The translations under genes and the position numbers were made by a program. Shown here piece by piece: positions 27,899 through 37,848 of a stretch of DNA of 64,000 nucleotides. Every line of letters begins with the position of its first letter. Positions within the stretch are counted from its first letter, which is position 1. This stretch comes from Nitrospirota bacterium (GTDB lineage Bacteria; Nitrospirota; UBA9217): positions 864,001-928,000 of the forward strand of contig OY760142.1 of NCBI GenBank assembly GCA_963663225.1. The letters are read 5' to 3'. The notes under the pieces are model-generated. The model was given only the letters and a program-made list of their open reading frames with translations, was not told the DNA's origin and searched no databases.

Positions 27899-30800
27899 AT
27901 GGCCATCGATAAAAATACCGTCATGAAAGAGGCCCAGAAATTCGCGTCCAAGGGCCAGTTCGACAAGGCCATCGCCGAGTGGAAAAAACTCCTGAGGGAA
28001 TCGCCGTCGGATCCCAATATTTACAATACCATCGGAGACCTGTGTCTCAAAAAAGACGCCAAAACCGAGGCTGTTGAGGCCTACAAGAAGGCTGCCGACA
28101 TCCTGGCGGATGACGGATTCACTTCAAAAGCCATCGCGCTGTACAAAAAAGTTCTGAACATCGATCCCAACAAAATCGAGATTCATCTCTCACTCGGCGA
28201 CCTGAATGCGGAAAAAGGCCTTACAAGCGCCGCCCTTGAAAGTTACAAGCTCGTTCTCGACCATTATACCAATCAGAAAAACATGCAGAAAGCCCTCGGC
28301 ATCTACCAGAAGATGGCCGATCTGAACCCCTCCAACCTGGCATTCAGGGTCAAACTGGGTGACATGTACGCAAAGGAAGGCATGAAAGCGGAAGCATCCA
28401 CGGCATATCTTGCCGTTGCGGATGTTCAGGTGTCCAACAATGCGTTCCAGGAAGCACGGCAACTGTTCGAAAAAATTCTGACGCTTGATCCTGAAAACAG
28501 GGAAGTCTACCATAAAGCAGGCTTTGTTTATTTCAAGGAAGGCAAATTTGTTGAAGCGTGCAAGGCCCTGAAACCCGCCTTCGAGAACGACCCGTCGAAC
28601 AAAGAACTGGCCGACATGTATCTTGAGGCGCTGTCCAAGGCAAACAAGCATGCCGAGGCGGAAGAAGTGCTGTTGTCCCTGGCCACTGCCGATCCTGACA
28701 GAACGGAATTTCGTGACAAACTCTGCCAATTATATCTTGCACAAAAAGAATACGACAAAGCGCTCCGAGAAGCTTCTGCGCTTGCGTATGCAAAAGCCGA
28801 ACACAGTGAAACGGAAGCAGCGGAACACATCTTTCGCGCTTTCGTATCGCAATGCCCTTCATTCGCTCCGGCCCGCGAAAAACTGTCAGAATTTTATTCC
28901 TTTATAAACCGGCCTGATGACGCGGCCAAAGAACTCGTTCAGACCGCTCTTTTATATGAAAAAGAAGGAGACCCTGATCACTGCAAGGCACTTCTGTATC
29001 AGGCCCTGGAAGCGGTCCCTGGTTTGCCGGACGCGACAAAACATCTTGAGCGTCTTGCAGCTTCAGCAAAAGTCTCTGCCGCGCCTGCAATGCCGGAGCC
29101 CGTCCAGGAAACACCGTCTGCGGTTGCCGACGTCACCACTCCGGTTGCTGCACCTGAACCCGTGTTTGAAACGCAGCCGCCCTCCCCGGCTCCGGAAGCG
29201 ATTATGCCGGAAGAGCCCCCCGCGCTCAATGAAGCTTTCACGGAAGCGGACGTGTTGATTAAATACGGACTGCCGGCCAAAGCCGCGGATCAACTGGAGG
29301 AGCTGGCCGTCCGTTATCCGGGGAATATACGTATCCATCTAAAACTGCGGGATTTATATGCAGAGCAGGGCAACAGCGAAAAATCCGTTCAGCATATGAT
29401 TGTCCTTTCTGATCTGTACGCGCAGCAGGGAAAATCCGACCAGGCGCAGGCGGAACTGGAGGCAGCGCGCGAGGCGGCCCCCCGCAATCCGCTTGTCCTC
29501 GCGAAGCTTGGCATCACCGCTCCCCCTGCGGTTGAAGAGGTCTCTCTCCCTGAAAGCATGCCTGATCAGTTTGAGGAAACACCGCCTCCGTTTGAGCCCG
29601 CCCTGGTGGACGACGGCAATATCGTTTTTGAAGGTCTCGACTCACAAATTCCCGCTGCGGAAGATGCTGCAGCCACGCCCCAGCAGGCATTTCAAGAACA
29701 GTTCCAGCCTTCCGGCGAAGTCCTGCCTGCGGAGGAAGAGCTTGCCGCTCCGTTTCCGCCCGAGGAAGGCCCCGCCTCGTTTGATGTTGCATCAGCACCC
29801 GAAGCACCTGTGCAGGAACAGCAACCAGAACCAGCCGGTGAACCGGAATTAACGGAGATCGCTCAGCAACCTTCGTCTTTCCAGGTCCAGGCGGAAAAAA
29901 TTCCAGAATCCGACCTCGCGGACATATGGGCTGAGGCTGAGTTTTATTACCAGCAGGGACTGTTCGACGAGGCAAGAAAATATTATGCAAAGATCATTGA
30001 GCTTGCTCCGAGCGACCGGCGGGCCATCAACAGGCTTGCCGAGATATCCAGGGAAGAAGACGAGACAAAAGAATTCTCAAGGCTTGCAGAGGCAGTCGAA
30101 GGCCTGGAAGATACCGTCGTGCCAACTCCTGGTGAACGAGCTCTGGCGACGAGCGTAACAGACGATGAGGCGGTCCGCAGTTTAATGACGGAAATTGCGG
30201 AAATGAACAAAAAGTTAAAGCAGGCCAAACCGACGCAACCCTCGCCCTCGAAGCCGGAAACCGCCAAGAAACAAAAGCCTGCTCCTGTACCACGGTCCGT
30301 TCAGCCCGATCAACCGATAACTACGCCAAAACAAAAGCCCGCTCCACCGTTTCAGTCACCGACTCCGCAGATCACGGAACACCTCCGGGGAGCTTCTCCG
30401 CCGCCCAAACAGCCTGCGGCAGAAAAATTCTTTGATCTGGAGGCCTTCCTTCAGCAGGATGAAGACACCTCGAAACAGAAACAGCGGAACAAGTCCGACG
30501 ATTATTTCGACCTTGCTGCCGAACTTCGGGATGAAATCAACAGTGTATCGCTGTCTTCTCCACGGGCTTCCCTGCTTCCGGAAAATCAGAGCCTTGATGA
30601 TATTTTTGAGGAATTCAAAAAAGGTGTCGAACAACATACCGTAAAAGAGGACACTGACACCCACTATAATCTGGGTGTGGCATACAAAGAGATGGGGCTG
30701 CTTGACGATGCAATCGCCGAATTTGTGTTGACACCCCGCGGAGAACCATGGTTTTTTCAAAGCCGCTATTTGCTCGGTCTGTGCTATTTGGAAAAAAACG

Positions 30801-31138
30801 ACTACCAAAACGCCATCACCGAGTTCCGCAACGCCCTTAACGCACCCGCAAACCAGCAAATCGACGTTCAAGAACGAATCAGCGTTCGCTATGACCTTGC
30901 TCTTGCATATCAAGGCGTCGGCAATACGAAGGCCGCCATCGGTGAGTTCCAGGAAATCATCAATGCGAACCCCGGATATCGCGATGCCGCTGAAAAGTTG
31001 AAAGAACTCCGCCAAGGAGAATCAATTTCCCTTCGACAACTTAAAGACGACATCGAAAAAGAAATTTCCGCAAAATTCCTCCGGGAAGGTGAACGCATAG
31101 AGCGAGAAGAAAAAAGCAAAAAAATAATCAAATCGTAA
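27899..31138 (+). CDS. Large tetratricopeptide-repeat protein with Pro/Glu-rich linkers
   Basis: Many TPR-like units (IYNTIGDLCLK, AIALYKKVL, THYNLGVAYKEMGLLDDAI) and low-complexity acidic linkers. Confidence 0.88.
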   Translation: MAIDKNTVMKEAQKFASKGQFDKAIAEWKKLLRESPSDPNIYNTIGDLCLKKDAKTEAVEAYKKAADILADDGFTSKAIALYKKVLNIDPNKIEIHLSLGDLNAEKGLTSAALESYKLVLDHYTNQKNMQKALGIYQKMADLNPSNLAFRVKLGDMYAKEGMKAEASTAYLAVADVQVSNNAFQEARQLFEKILTLDPENREVYHKAGFVYFKEGKFVEACKALKPAFENDPSNKELADMYLEALSKANKHAEAEEVLLSLATADPDRTEFRDKLCQLYLAQKEYDKALREASALAYAKAEHSETEAAEHIFRAFVSQCPSFAPAREKLSEFYSFINRPDDAAKELVQTALLYEKEGDPDHCKALLYQALEAVPGLPDATKHLERLAASAKVSAAPAMPEPVQETPSAVADVTTPVAAPEPVFETQPPSPAPEAIMPEEPPALNEAFTEADVLIKYGLPAKAADQLEELAVRYPGNIRIHLKLRDLYAEQGNSEKSVQHMIVLSDLYAQQGKSDQAQAELEAAREAAPRNPLVLAKLGITAPPAVEEVSLPESMPDQFEETPPPFEPALVDDGNIVFEGLDSQIPAAEDAAATPQQAFQEQFQPSGEVLPAEEELAAPFPPEEGPASFDVASAPEAPVQEQQPEPAGEPELTEIAQQPSSFQVQAEKIPESDLADIWAEAEFYYQQGLFDEARKYYAKIIELAPSDRRAINRLAEISREEDETKEFSRLAEAVEGLEDTVVPTPGERALATSVTDDEAVRSLMTEIAEMNKKLKQAKPTQPSPSKPETAKKQKPAPVPRSVQPDQPITTPKQKPAPPFQSPTPQITEHLRGASPPPKQPAAEKFFDLEAFLQQDEDTSKQKQRNKSDDYFDLAAELRDEINSVSLSSPRASLLPENQSLDDIFEEFKKGVEQHTVKEDTDTHYNLGVAYKEMGLLDDAIAEFVLTPRGEPWFFQSRYLLGLCYLEKNDYQNAITEFRNALNAPANQQIDVQERISVRYDLALAYQGVGNTKAAIGEFQEIINANPGYRDAAEKLKELRQGESISLRQLKDDIEKEISAKFLREGERIEREEKSKKIIKS

Positions 31139-31146
31139 TCATGCTT

Positions 31147-31251
31147 TGCATATTTTTTAAGCACGTGATTAATTTTTGACCACTGATAGTGCTCATTCTT
31201 TTACCTAACCTCTTGAAATATCTTGCCTCAAAATTTAGCATAAAAATTGCT
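31147..31251 (+). promoter_or_regulatory. Putative NtrC-type UAS pair plus sigma54-like promoter of glnB-glnA
   Basis: TGCATATTTTTTAAGCA (31147-31163), TGACCACTGATAGTGCT (31177-31193), and TAGCATAAAAATTGCT (31236-31251) with -24/-12 spacing but AG instead of GG. Confidence 0.5.
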
Positions 31252-31255
31252 CTAA

Positions 31256-31624
<369 letters not shown>

Positions 31625-31697
31625 TCATGACGAGTTGCGTGATGTCCTCTGATATCAGGCATCATGATTCACGCTCAACAACCATTAGGAGGAAACT

Positions 31698-33110
31698 ATG
31701 ATACCAAAAGACGTACTGAAGATGGCAAAAGAAAACAAGGCAAAGATGGTGGATTTCAAATTCATGGATTATCCCGGACTCTGGCAGCACTTTTCCGTTC
31801 CGGTTGAGGAACTGACCGAGAACATATTTGAAGAGGGCCTCGGTTTTGACGGGTCCAGCATCCGCGGCTGGCAGTCCATCCACACAAGCGATATGCTGGT
31901 AGTTCCCGATGCGGAAACCGCTGTGATGGATCCATTCACCAAATATCCCACGCTTTCCCTCATCTGCAATATCGTTGATCCGATCACCAAGGAACGCTAT
32001 ACGCGCGATCCCCGGCACATTGCCCAAAAAGCGGAAGCATACCTCAAGTCGTCCGGTATCGGCGACACATGCTACATGGGCCCCGAAGCGGAGTTCTTCA
32101 TTTTTGACGATGTCCGCTTTGACCAGAATGCTCATGCAGGCTTTTATTATGTTGACAGCGTCGAAGGCATTTGGAACAGCGGCAAGGAAGAAAATCCGAA
32201 TCTCGGCTACAAACCCCGCCACAAGGAAGGTTATTTCCCGGTGCCGCCCGTAGACAGCCAGGAAGACATCCGGACCGAAATGGTCGAAGAAATGCAGAAA
32301 GTCGGCATCTATATTGAACGGCAGCACCATGAGGTCGCAACTGCCGGCCAGGCGGAAATCGACATGCGCTTCAACTCCCTGGTCAAGGTGGCGGACCAGC
32401 TGATGTATTTTAAATATATCATCAAGAATGTTGCGAAGCGCCACAATAAAACCGTAACCTTCATGCCCAAACCGATCTTCGGCGACAACGGGTCCGGCAT
32501 GCATGTGCATCAGTCCATCTGGAAAGCCGGCAAACCGTTGTTCCATGGCGACGGCTATGCAGGCCTGTCGCAGCTTGCGCTCCATTATATCGGCGGCATC
32601 CTGAAGCATGCCAAAGTGCTCGCGGCCTTCACAAACCCGACTACCAATTCGTACAAGCGGCTGACTCCCGGCTTCGAAGCCCCGGTGAATCTCGCATATT
32701 CGAGCAGAAACCGCTCTGCGTCCGTCCGCATCCCCATGTACAGCGCAAGCCCCAAAGCAAAACGCGCTGAAGTCAGGTTCCCGGATCCCTCCTGCAACCC
32801 TTATCTTGCATTTGCAGCGATGCTCATGGCAGGACTCGATGGCATCGAAAACAAGATTGATCCGGGTCAACCGCTCGACAAGGACATCTATGATCTGGCA
32901 CCGGAAGAACTGGCAAGCGTACCGACCATGCCGGCATCCCTCGATGAAGCGCTCGACAATCTCGAAGCAGACCACAACTGGCTGCTCAAAGGCGATGTTT
33001 TCACCAAGGACGCCATAGAAACCTGGATCAGCTACAAGCGGTCCAAGGAAGTTGACGCGCTCCGCCTGCGGCCCCATCCCTATGAGTTCTTCCTGTATTA
33101 CGATATCTAA
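31698..33110 (+). CDS. glnA: Glutamine synthetase type I
   Basis: [49 protein letters not shown], adenylylation region DKDIYDL. Confidence 0.98.
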   Translation: MIPKDVLKMAKENKAKMVDFKFMDYPGLWQHFSVPVEELTENIFEEGLGFDGSSIRGWQSIHTSDMLVVPDAETAVMDPFTKYPTLSLICNIVDPITKERYTRDPRHIAQKAEAYLKSSGIGDTCYMGPEAEFFIFDDVRFDQNAHAGFYYVDSVEGIWNSGKEENPNLGYKPRHKEGYFPVPPVDSQEDIRTEMVEEMQKVGIYIERQHHEVATAGQAEIDMRFNSLVKVADQLMYFKYIIKNVAKRHNKTVTFMPKPIFGDNGSGMHVHQSIWKAGKPLFHGDGYAGLSQLALHYIGGILKHAKVLAAFTNPTTNSYKRLTPGFEAPVNLAYSSRNRSASVRIPMYSASPKAKRAEVRFPDPSCNPYLAFAAMLMAGLDGIENKIDPGQPLDKDIYDLAPEELASVPTMPASLDEALDNLEADHNWLLKGDVFTKDAIETWISYKRSKEVDALRLRPHPYEFFLYYDI

Positions 33111-33130
33111 ATAATCATGAACCAGCGACG

Positions 33131-33164
33131 GCCGGAACCTGCAACCAAGGTTCCGGCTTTTTTT
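33131..33164 (+). terminator. Intrinsic terminator after glnA
   Basis: GCCGGAACCT-GCAACCA-AGGTTCCGGC-TTTTTTT. Confidence 0.85.
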
Positions 33165-33225
33165 GTTCTGAAAACCAACGCTGCAATCGACAGATGTCGA
33201 CATGACCGATAAAACGGCTTCCTGA

Positions 33226-33254
33226 TTGACAAGTAGAAAGGGTTTTGTTACAGT
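33226..33254 (+). promoter_or_regulatory. Sigma70-like promoter of pfp
   Basis: TTGACA-17 nt-TACAGT. Confidence 0.55.
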
Positions 33255-33302
33255 TGCTCGTGTAAAATATAAATTACCGCAAGCTTTTATCAGGAGGAAA
33301 TC

Positions 33303-34538
33303 ATGGCGGAGAAACTTGCAATAGTCGTCGGCGGAGGCCCGGCCCCGGGTATAAACGGTGTTATCAGCGCAGTCACATTCGAAGCGATCAAACAGGGACT
33401 TGAAGTCACCGGCATTCTGGATGGTTTCAAGTGGCTGTCGCAAGGCGACGCATCGCATGTTGTCCCGCTCAATAACGCGGACATATCGCGCATCCACCTG
33501 CGGGGAGGATCCATCCTCGGCACGGCGCGTGAAAACCCCACGAAAAATCCTGAAAAAATGGCCAATGTGCTCAAGGTGCTTTCACAGCTCGGAGTCCGGT
33601 ATCTGGTGACGATCGGCGGTGATGATACTGCCTACACGGCCACGCGGGTCGAGCAGGAGGCCGGCGGCAAAATTGCCGTTTGCCACGTCCCAAAAACAAT
33701 TGACAACGACCTTCCGCTCCCTCACGGAGTTCCGACATTTGGTTTTGAGACCGCGCGTCAGCTCGGATCACAGCTGGTTGAGAACATCATGGAAGACGCA
33801 CGTACCGCCGGCAGATGGTATTTCATCATTGCGATGGGACGATCGGCCGGTCATCTGGCACTCGGAATGGGCATGGGTGCCGGCGCCACGCTGACGTTGA
33901 TCCCTGAAGAACTTGGTGAAAAAATATCCCTGAACAAAGTTCTTGCCATACTCACGGGTGCCATCATCAAGCGTCGTGCGGACGGAAAAAACCACGGGGT
34001 GGCGGTTATTGCCGAGGGCGTGGCCACGCGGTTTGATCCAGAGGAGCTGACATTCCTGAAAGACGTTCCGCTGGACGATCATGGCAATATCCGGCTGGCT
34101 GAGGTTCCGCTGGGAGACATGCTGAAGCAGCGGGTCACCGACGAGCTGAATGCGCTCGGTTTGAAAGGAACGATTATTGCCAAGGATATCGGCTACGAAC
34201 TGCGCTGCCATCCTCCCATTTCGTACGACCGCGAGTATACGCGGTATCTCGGGTACAGCGCGGTAAAATTTCTGGTCTCAGGCGGAACCGGCGCCATGAT
34301 CATGCTGAAAGACGGAAAGAGCCTCCCAATCAAGTTTTCCGACCTGCTTGATCCCAAAACGAAGAAAACAAGGATCCGCACGGTGGACATTACCGCTGAT
34401 GATTATCATATGGCGAGGCGGTATATGATCCGCCTTGAGAAAAATGATATGGAAGGCGAGGCACTGGAAAAATTGGCGGCCACTGCAAAGTTGAGCCCTG
34501 AAGCATTTAAGAAAAAATTCATGGTCGCAGTGGTATAA
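33303..34538 (+). CDS. pfp: Pyrophosphate-dependent phosphofructokinase
   Basis: GGGPAPGIN, GGDD (the Asp indicates PPi use), PKTIDNDL, MGR, GYELRC. Confidence 0.88.
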   Translation: MAEKLAIVVGGGPAPGINGVISAVTFEAIKQGLEVTGILDGFKWLSQGDASHVVPLNNADISRIHLRGGSILGTARENPTKNPEKMANVLKVLSQLGVRYLVTIGGDDTAYTATRVEQEAGGKIAVCHVPKTIDNDLPLPHGVPTFGFETARQLGSQLVENIMEDARTAGRWYFIIAMGRSAGHLALGMGMGAGATLTLIPEELGEKISLNKVLAILTGAIIKRRADGKNHGVAVIAEGVATRFDPEELTFLKDVPLDDHGNIRLAEVPLGDMLKQRVTDELNALGLKGTIIAKDIGYELRCHPPISYDREYTRYLGYSAVKFLVSGGTGAMIMLKDGKSLPIKFSDLLDPKTKKTRIRTVDITADDYHMARRYMIRLEKNDMEGEALEKLAATAKLSPEAFKKKFMVAVV

Positions 34539-34554
34539 GAAAAACACAGTTTCC

Positions 34555-34591
34555 AAAAAAAGGGAACGGCACAGGTGCCGCTCCCTTTTTT
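34555..34591. terminator. Bidirectional intrinsic terminator
   Basis: AAAAAAAGGGA-A-CGGCAC-AG-GTGCCG-C-TCCCTTTTTT between convergent genes. Confidence 0.8.
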
Positions 34592-34621
34592 ATTTCCGAG
34601 CCGGATACAGGGTTTTCGGAT

Positions 34622-34906
34622 TTACAGCGGTATTTTTTTTTCGCGGGCTATATTGCGGAGAACGATCAGCGCGCTGTGAAGCCGCTGAAGCTTCATGTTC
34701 CTTTGACGAAGAGCGACTGTATCGGTGAAGGACATTTTTTCGTTCCGGATGCTGGTCATACCCTTGTTGATGTTCTCATACAACCCTTTGATCATGTCCT
34801 TGTCGAATTTCTTTACGAAAAGCGGATTCACGGTAACATAGCCTTCCGCCACATCCGTGGTTATCGCTTTCAAACTCTTGCCTCTAAACCCGCCTTCTTC
34901 CGCCAT
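34622..34906 (-). CDS. Hypothetical protein (94 aa)
   Basis: AGGAG SD, plausible composition, follows the HAMP gene. Confidence 0.7.
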   Translation of the reverse strand: MAEEGGFRGKSLKAITTDVAEGYVTVNPLFVKKFDKDMIKGLYENINKGMTSIRNEKMSFTDTVALRQRNMKLQRLHSALIVLRNIAREKKIPL

Positions 34907-34931
34907 AGCGCGCGCTCTCCTGACTGCAGAA

Positions 34932-35486
34932 TCATACCTTGCAGAGTGATTTGATCATCTTCTCCATCTCGTCCTGCCTCTTGTGCAGTTCATTGAGGTG
35001 TTTCTCAATATCGGATTTGGGAGCATCGAGACGAATCATCTCCTGAAGCACAACCACATCCTTGAAGAGATCCCTGAGTGATTCCCGCAGCACCGCACTG
35101 GAATTGCGGCTGTGTTCGCACAATGCGGATATTTCCCGGGCAATCTCCTTGAGCATGGGATCGTCCGTCTCGCGAAGACGCAGATTCATGCTCATTTCTC
35201 CCTCCGCCAGTTGCTGAAGCGTCCGGCGTATCCTCAGCAGAGGGCCAACGATGGTATGGGAATATGCGGCACCGATAATGCCGATAAAAACAAGGAGCGT
35301 AACCAGCGCAATCGGCAGAAACACCGGAAAGTCCACAAATTCAGCAAGTTTTTGAAAAACCTTCAGAAGCAGGGTGAATACTCCGAGAACAATAAGGAGG
35401 AAAATAATAAAGCGGTATTGCGGACCTGCCACGCTCAAATAGCCTTTGTTTCTACCGAGGACGACTCTTTTTCCTGTCTGCTGCAT
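34932..35486 (-). CDS. 2-TM membrane protein with HAMP-like domain
   Basis: Two TM helices, then SHTIVGPLLRI..LAEGE..LRLRETD..EIA and a coiled-coil tail. Confidence 0.75.
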   Translation of the reverse strand: MQQTGKRVVLGRNKGYLSVAGPQYRFIIFLLIVLGVFTLLLKVFQKLAEFVDFPVFLPIALVTLLVFIGIIGAAYSHTIVGPLLRIRRTLQQLAEGEMSMNLRLRETDDPMLKEIAREISALCEHSRNSSAVLRESLRDLFKDVVVLQEMIRLDAPKSDIEKHLNELHKRQDEMEKMIKSLCKV

Positions 35487-35661
35487 ACGGATTCGGCACC
35501 CTGACTACGTCTTCGCGCTTGAAAAAAATCGACCATTTGAAACTACCTGTTGAAATTATACTGGCAAATACACAGCCGGTCAAGGTCATACTTATGTTAT
35601 ATGAGTGAATGCATTTTCTTGAAAAACTGGTTATTTTACTGAATTTTTTGTTTTTTTTTGA

Positions 35662-35741
35662 CAGAGGAGTCCCCTCCGGCAGGAACCGGAGACTCCCATG
35701 ATGAACACGACATCCTCCCGGCGAGAGCCGGGATTTCTCTG
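35662..35741 (+). ncRNA. Structured RNA candidate (two hairpins; recalls the atoC RNA motif)
   Basis: GGAGTC-CCC-TCCGG-CAGGAA-CCGGA-GACTCC, linker CATGATGAACACGAC, TCCCGGC-GAGA-GCCGGGA. A GC-rich island in AT-rich intergenic DNA. Family assignment is from memory only. Confidence 0.55.
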
Positions 35742-35813
35742 ATGCAGGGATTAATTCAAAATAATACAACAATATGCCTTGAAGTACCCCTACCCTTGTG
35801 GTAAATTTCTCCT

Positions 35814-36812
35814 ATGTCTCTCCAGGACCCGTTTAAACGAAGCATAGATTATTTGAGGATTTCGGTCACCGACCGGTGCAATCTTTCCTGTTTCTACTGC
35901 AAACCGCTCACAGAGATAAAACCTCTGTCCCATTATGATATTCTTACCTATGAAGAAATTCTTCGGCTGGTCTCCGTGGCAGTGCCTCTCGGCATATCCC
36001 GCGTTCGGGTGACAGGCGGCGAGCCGCTGGTACGGCTCGGTGTCGTTGATTTCATCGCTTCGCTCAAAAAAAACCCCGGTCTTAAGGACATCAGTCTCAC
36101 GACAAACGGCCTCCTGCTTGAAGAAACAGCGGGCAAACTTCTTGCGGCCGGAAAACCCCGGATCAATATCAGCCTTGATTCCCTCAAACGGGAACGGTTC
36201 CATCGGATCACCGGCAAAGACTGCTGGGACGCAGTCTGGAAGGGAATCTCCCGGCTGGAGCAGCTCGGCTTCTTTCCCATAAAAATCAACATGGTCCCTA
36301 TCAAAGGATTAAACGACGACGAAGTCGTCGATTTCGCCAGGCTTACGCTCGACCGCAAGCTCCACGTCCGGTTCATTGAATTCATGCCAATAGGCGCAAA
36401 CGACCGGTGGAATCAGGACAAGTGTTTTCCTGCAGACAGCATCCGGGCTGTCATCGAACAAAAGCTCGGCAAACTCATTCCTTTTTCCTCCTCCTCGACA
36501 GCCGGTCCGGCAAACAACTATCAGCTGTCCGGCGCGCAGGGAGTAGTCGGATTCATCAGCCCCGTCAGCAGGCATTTTTGTGATTCCTGCAGACGACTCA
36601 GGTTGACCGCCGACGGCAAGATCCGTCCTTGCCTTTTGTCGGATACGGAAATAGACATCAAATCCCCGATGCGTGGCGGATGCGATGACAAGGAGTTGGA
36701 GCGGCTCATTAGACTTTCGCTTGAGATCAAACCGGAACGGCACTACATCGGCGCTGTCGGAGAGATGGGTACCGGATGCTCCCGCCGCACCATGTCTCAA
36801 ATAGGCGGATGA
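35814..36812 (+). CDS. moaA: GTP 3',8-cyclase MoaA
   Basis: YLRISVTDRCNLSCFYC, TGGEPL, FCDSCRRLRLTADG..PCL, C-terminal MSQIGG. Confidence 0.96.
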   Translation: MSLQDPFKRSIDYLRISVTDRCNLSCFYCKPLTEIKPLSHYDILTYEEILRLVSVAVPLGISRVRVTGGEPLVRLGVVDFIASLKKNPGLKDISLTTNGLLLEETAGKLLAAGKPRINISLDSLKRERFHRITGKDCWDAVWKGISRLEQLGFFPIKINMVPIKGLNDDEVVDFARLTLDRKLHVRFIEFMPIGANDRWNQDKCFPADSIRAVIEQKLGKLIPFSSSSTAGPANNYQLSGAQGVVGFISPVSRHFCDSCRRLRLTADGKIRPCLLSDTEIDIKSPMRGGCDDKELERLIRLSLEIKPERHYIGAVGEMGTGCSRRTMSQIGG

Positions 36813-36877
36813 CTGCAGCTTATGCAATGATTCCGGGTCAGTATCCACAGTTTTAATCATAGAGGAGGAAGCATATC

Positions 36878-37351
36878 ATGTCGGGACTTTCTCACTTTGA
36901 CGATCAGGGCGCTGCACGCATGGTGGATGTTTCCGGCAAACAGGAAACGCTCCGGGAAGCCGTGGCTGAAAGCAACATCCTCATGAAGCCTGAAACGCTT
37001 GTATTGATTCTGGACCAGAAGCTCGCAAAAGGCGATGTGTTCGGTGTCGCCAGGGTAGCGGGCATCATGGCAGCGAAAAAAACCGCCGATATCATCCCGC
37101 TCTGTCATCCTCTGAACCTCTCGTCCGTGGACATAGCCTTTGAACCGGACATGGGAGCATCATGCGTGTACATCCGCGCGACAGTCAGGACAACGGGCAG
37201 CACCGGCGTGGAGATGGAAGCGTTGACGGCGGCGGCGGTGGCAGGACTCACCATTTACGATATGTGCAAAGCCGTTGACCGGGGCATGACCGTTACCCAT
37301 ATCCGGCTGTTGAAAAAAATGGGCGGAAAAAGCGGAACATTCGAAAGATAG
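36878..37351 (+). CDS. moaC: Cyclic pyranopterin monophosphate synthase MoaC
   Basis: [46 protein letters not shown]. Confidence 0.96.
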   Translation: MSGLSHFDDQGAARMVDVSGKQETLREAVAESNILMKPETLVLILDQKLAKGDVFGVARVAGIMAAKKTADIIPLCHPLNLSSVDIAFEPDMGASCVYIRATVRTTGSTGVEMEALTAAAVAGLTIYDMCKAVDRGMTVTHIRLLKKMGGKSGTFER

Positions 37352-37536
37352 TGCCGGCGCTCGCAGCGTGCTTTCACGCAAATCATTTTTGATTCTTCTC
37401 TTCTTTTATCCTGCGGTTTTTCTTCAGTTCTGCAAAAAGCATTCAGTCTTATTGTTGCCGCATCCAACAAAAAAATTGAAAATCCACCCGAAAGGAAGTA
37501 GCATAGAGGCAGCAGAACATTGTATTCTGCTGCAAG

Positions 37537-37803
37537 GTGGATGACATGAATCAAGCGCTTCGGGAGGAAGAAAAAAGAATGAGACTGCTCAGGTTCGTTG
37601 CAGACCTGGCACAGGCAACGCTCATGCAGCAGACTGACCTGACCATGCGGGACGCTTTTGAAATCATGAAAAACACCAAGCAGGCTGCGCTGAATCTCTT
37701 TCCCGGAAAAGAAGATGTCTATGATCTGATTTATAAGCCCCGGTTCATGAGAATTATTCGTGAACGGTTTGTGATTGCGGGAGGGCCGCAGGGGAAGGGT
37801 TGA
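37537..37803 (+). CDS. Small helical hypothetical protein
   Basis: LRFVADLA..ALNLFPGKEDVYDLIYKPRFMRII reads like a real conserved protein. Start is GTG 37537 or ATG 37546. Confidence 0.7.
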   Translation: MDDMNQALREEEKRMRLLRFVADLAQATLMQQTDLTMRDAFEIMKNTKQAALNLFPGKEDVYDLIYKPRFMRIIRERFVIAGGPQGKG

Positions 37804-37848
37804 TGTAATCGCCCTCTCCGAAGCAGAGCTTTGAATAGCGAAAGCTTC

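Noticed and set aside
31662-33497. 611-aa minus-strand ORF
   Set aside because: Antisense shadow of glnA. No motifs or SD, and explained by codon bias of the real gene.
35662-35741. Moco riboswitch interpretation of the RNA before moaA
   Set aside because: Only CCTCCCG matches. The other Moco-motif elements are missing, so it is kept as an unassigned ncRNA candidate.
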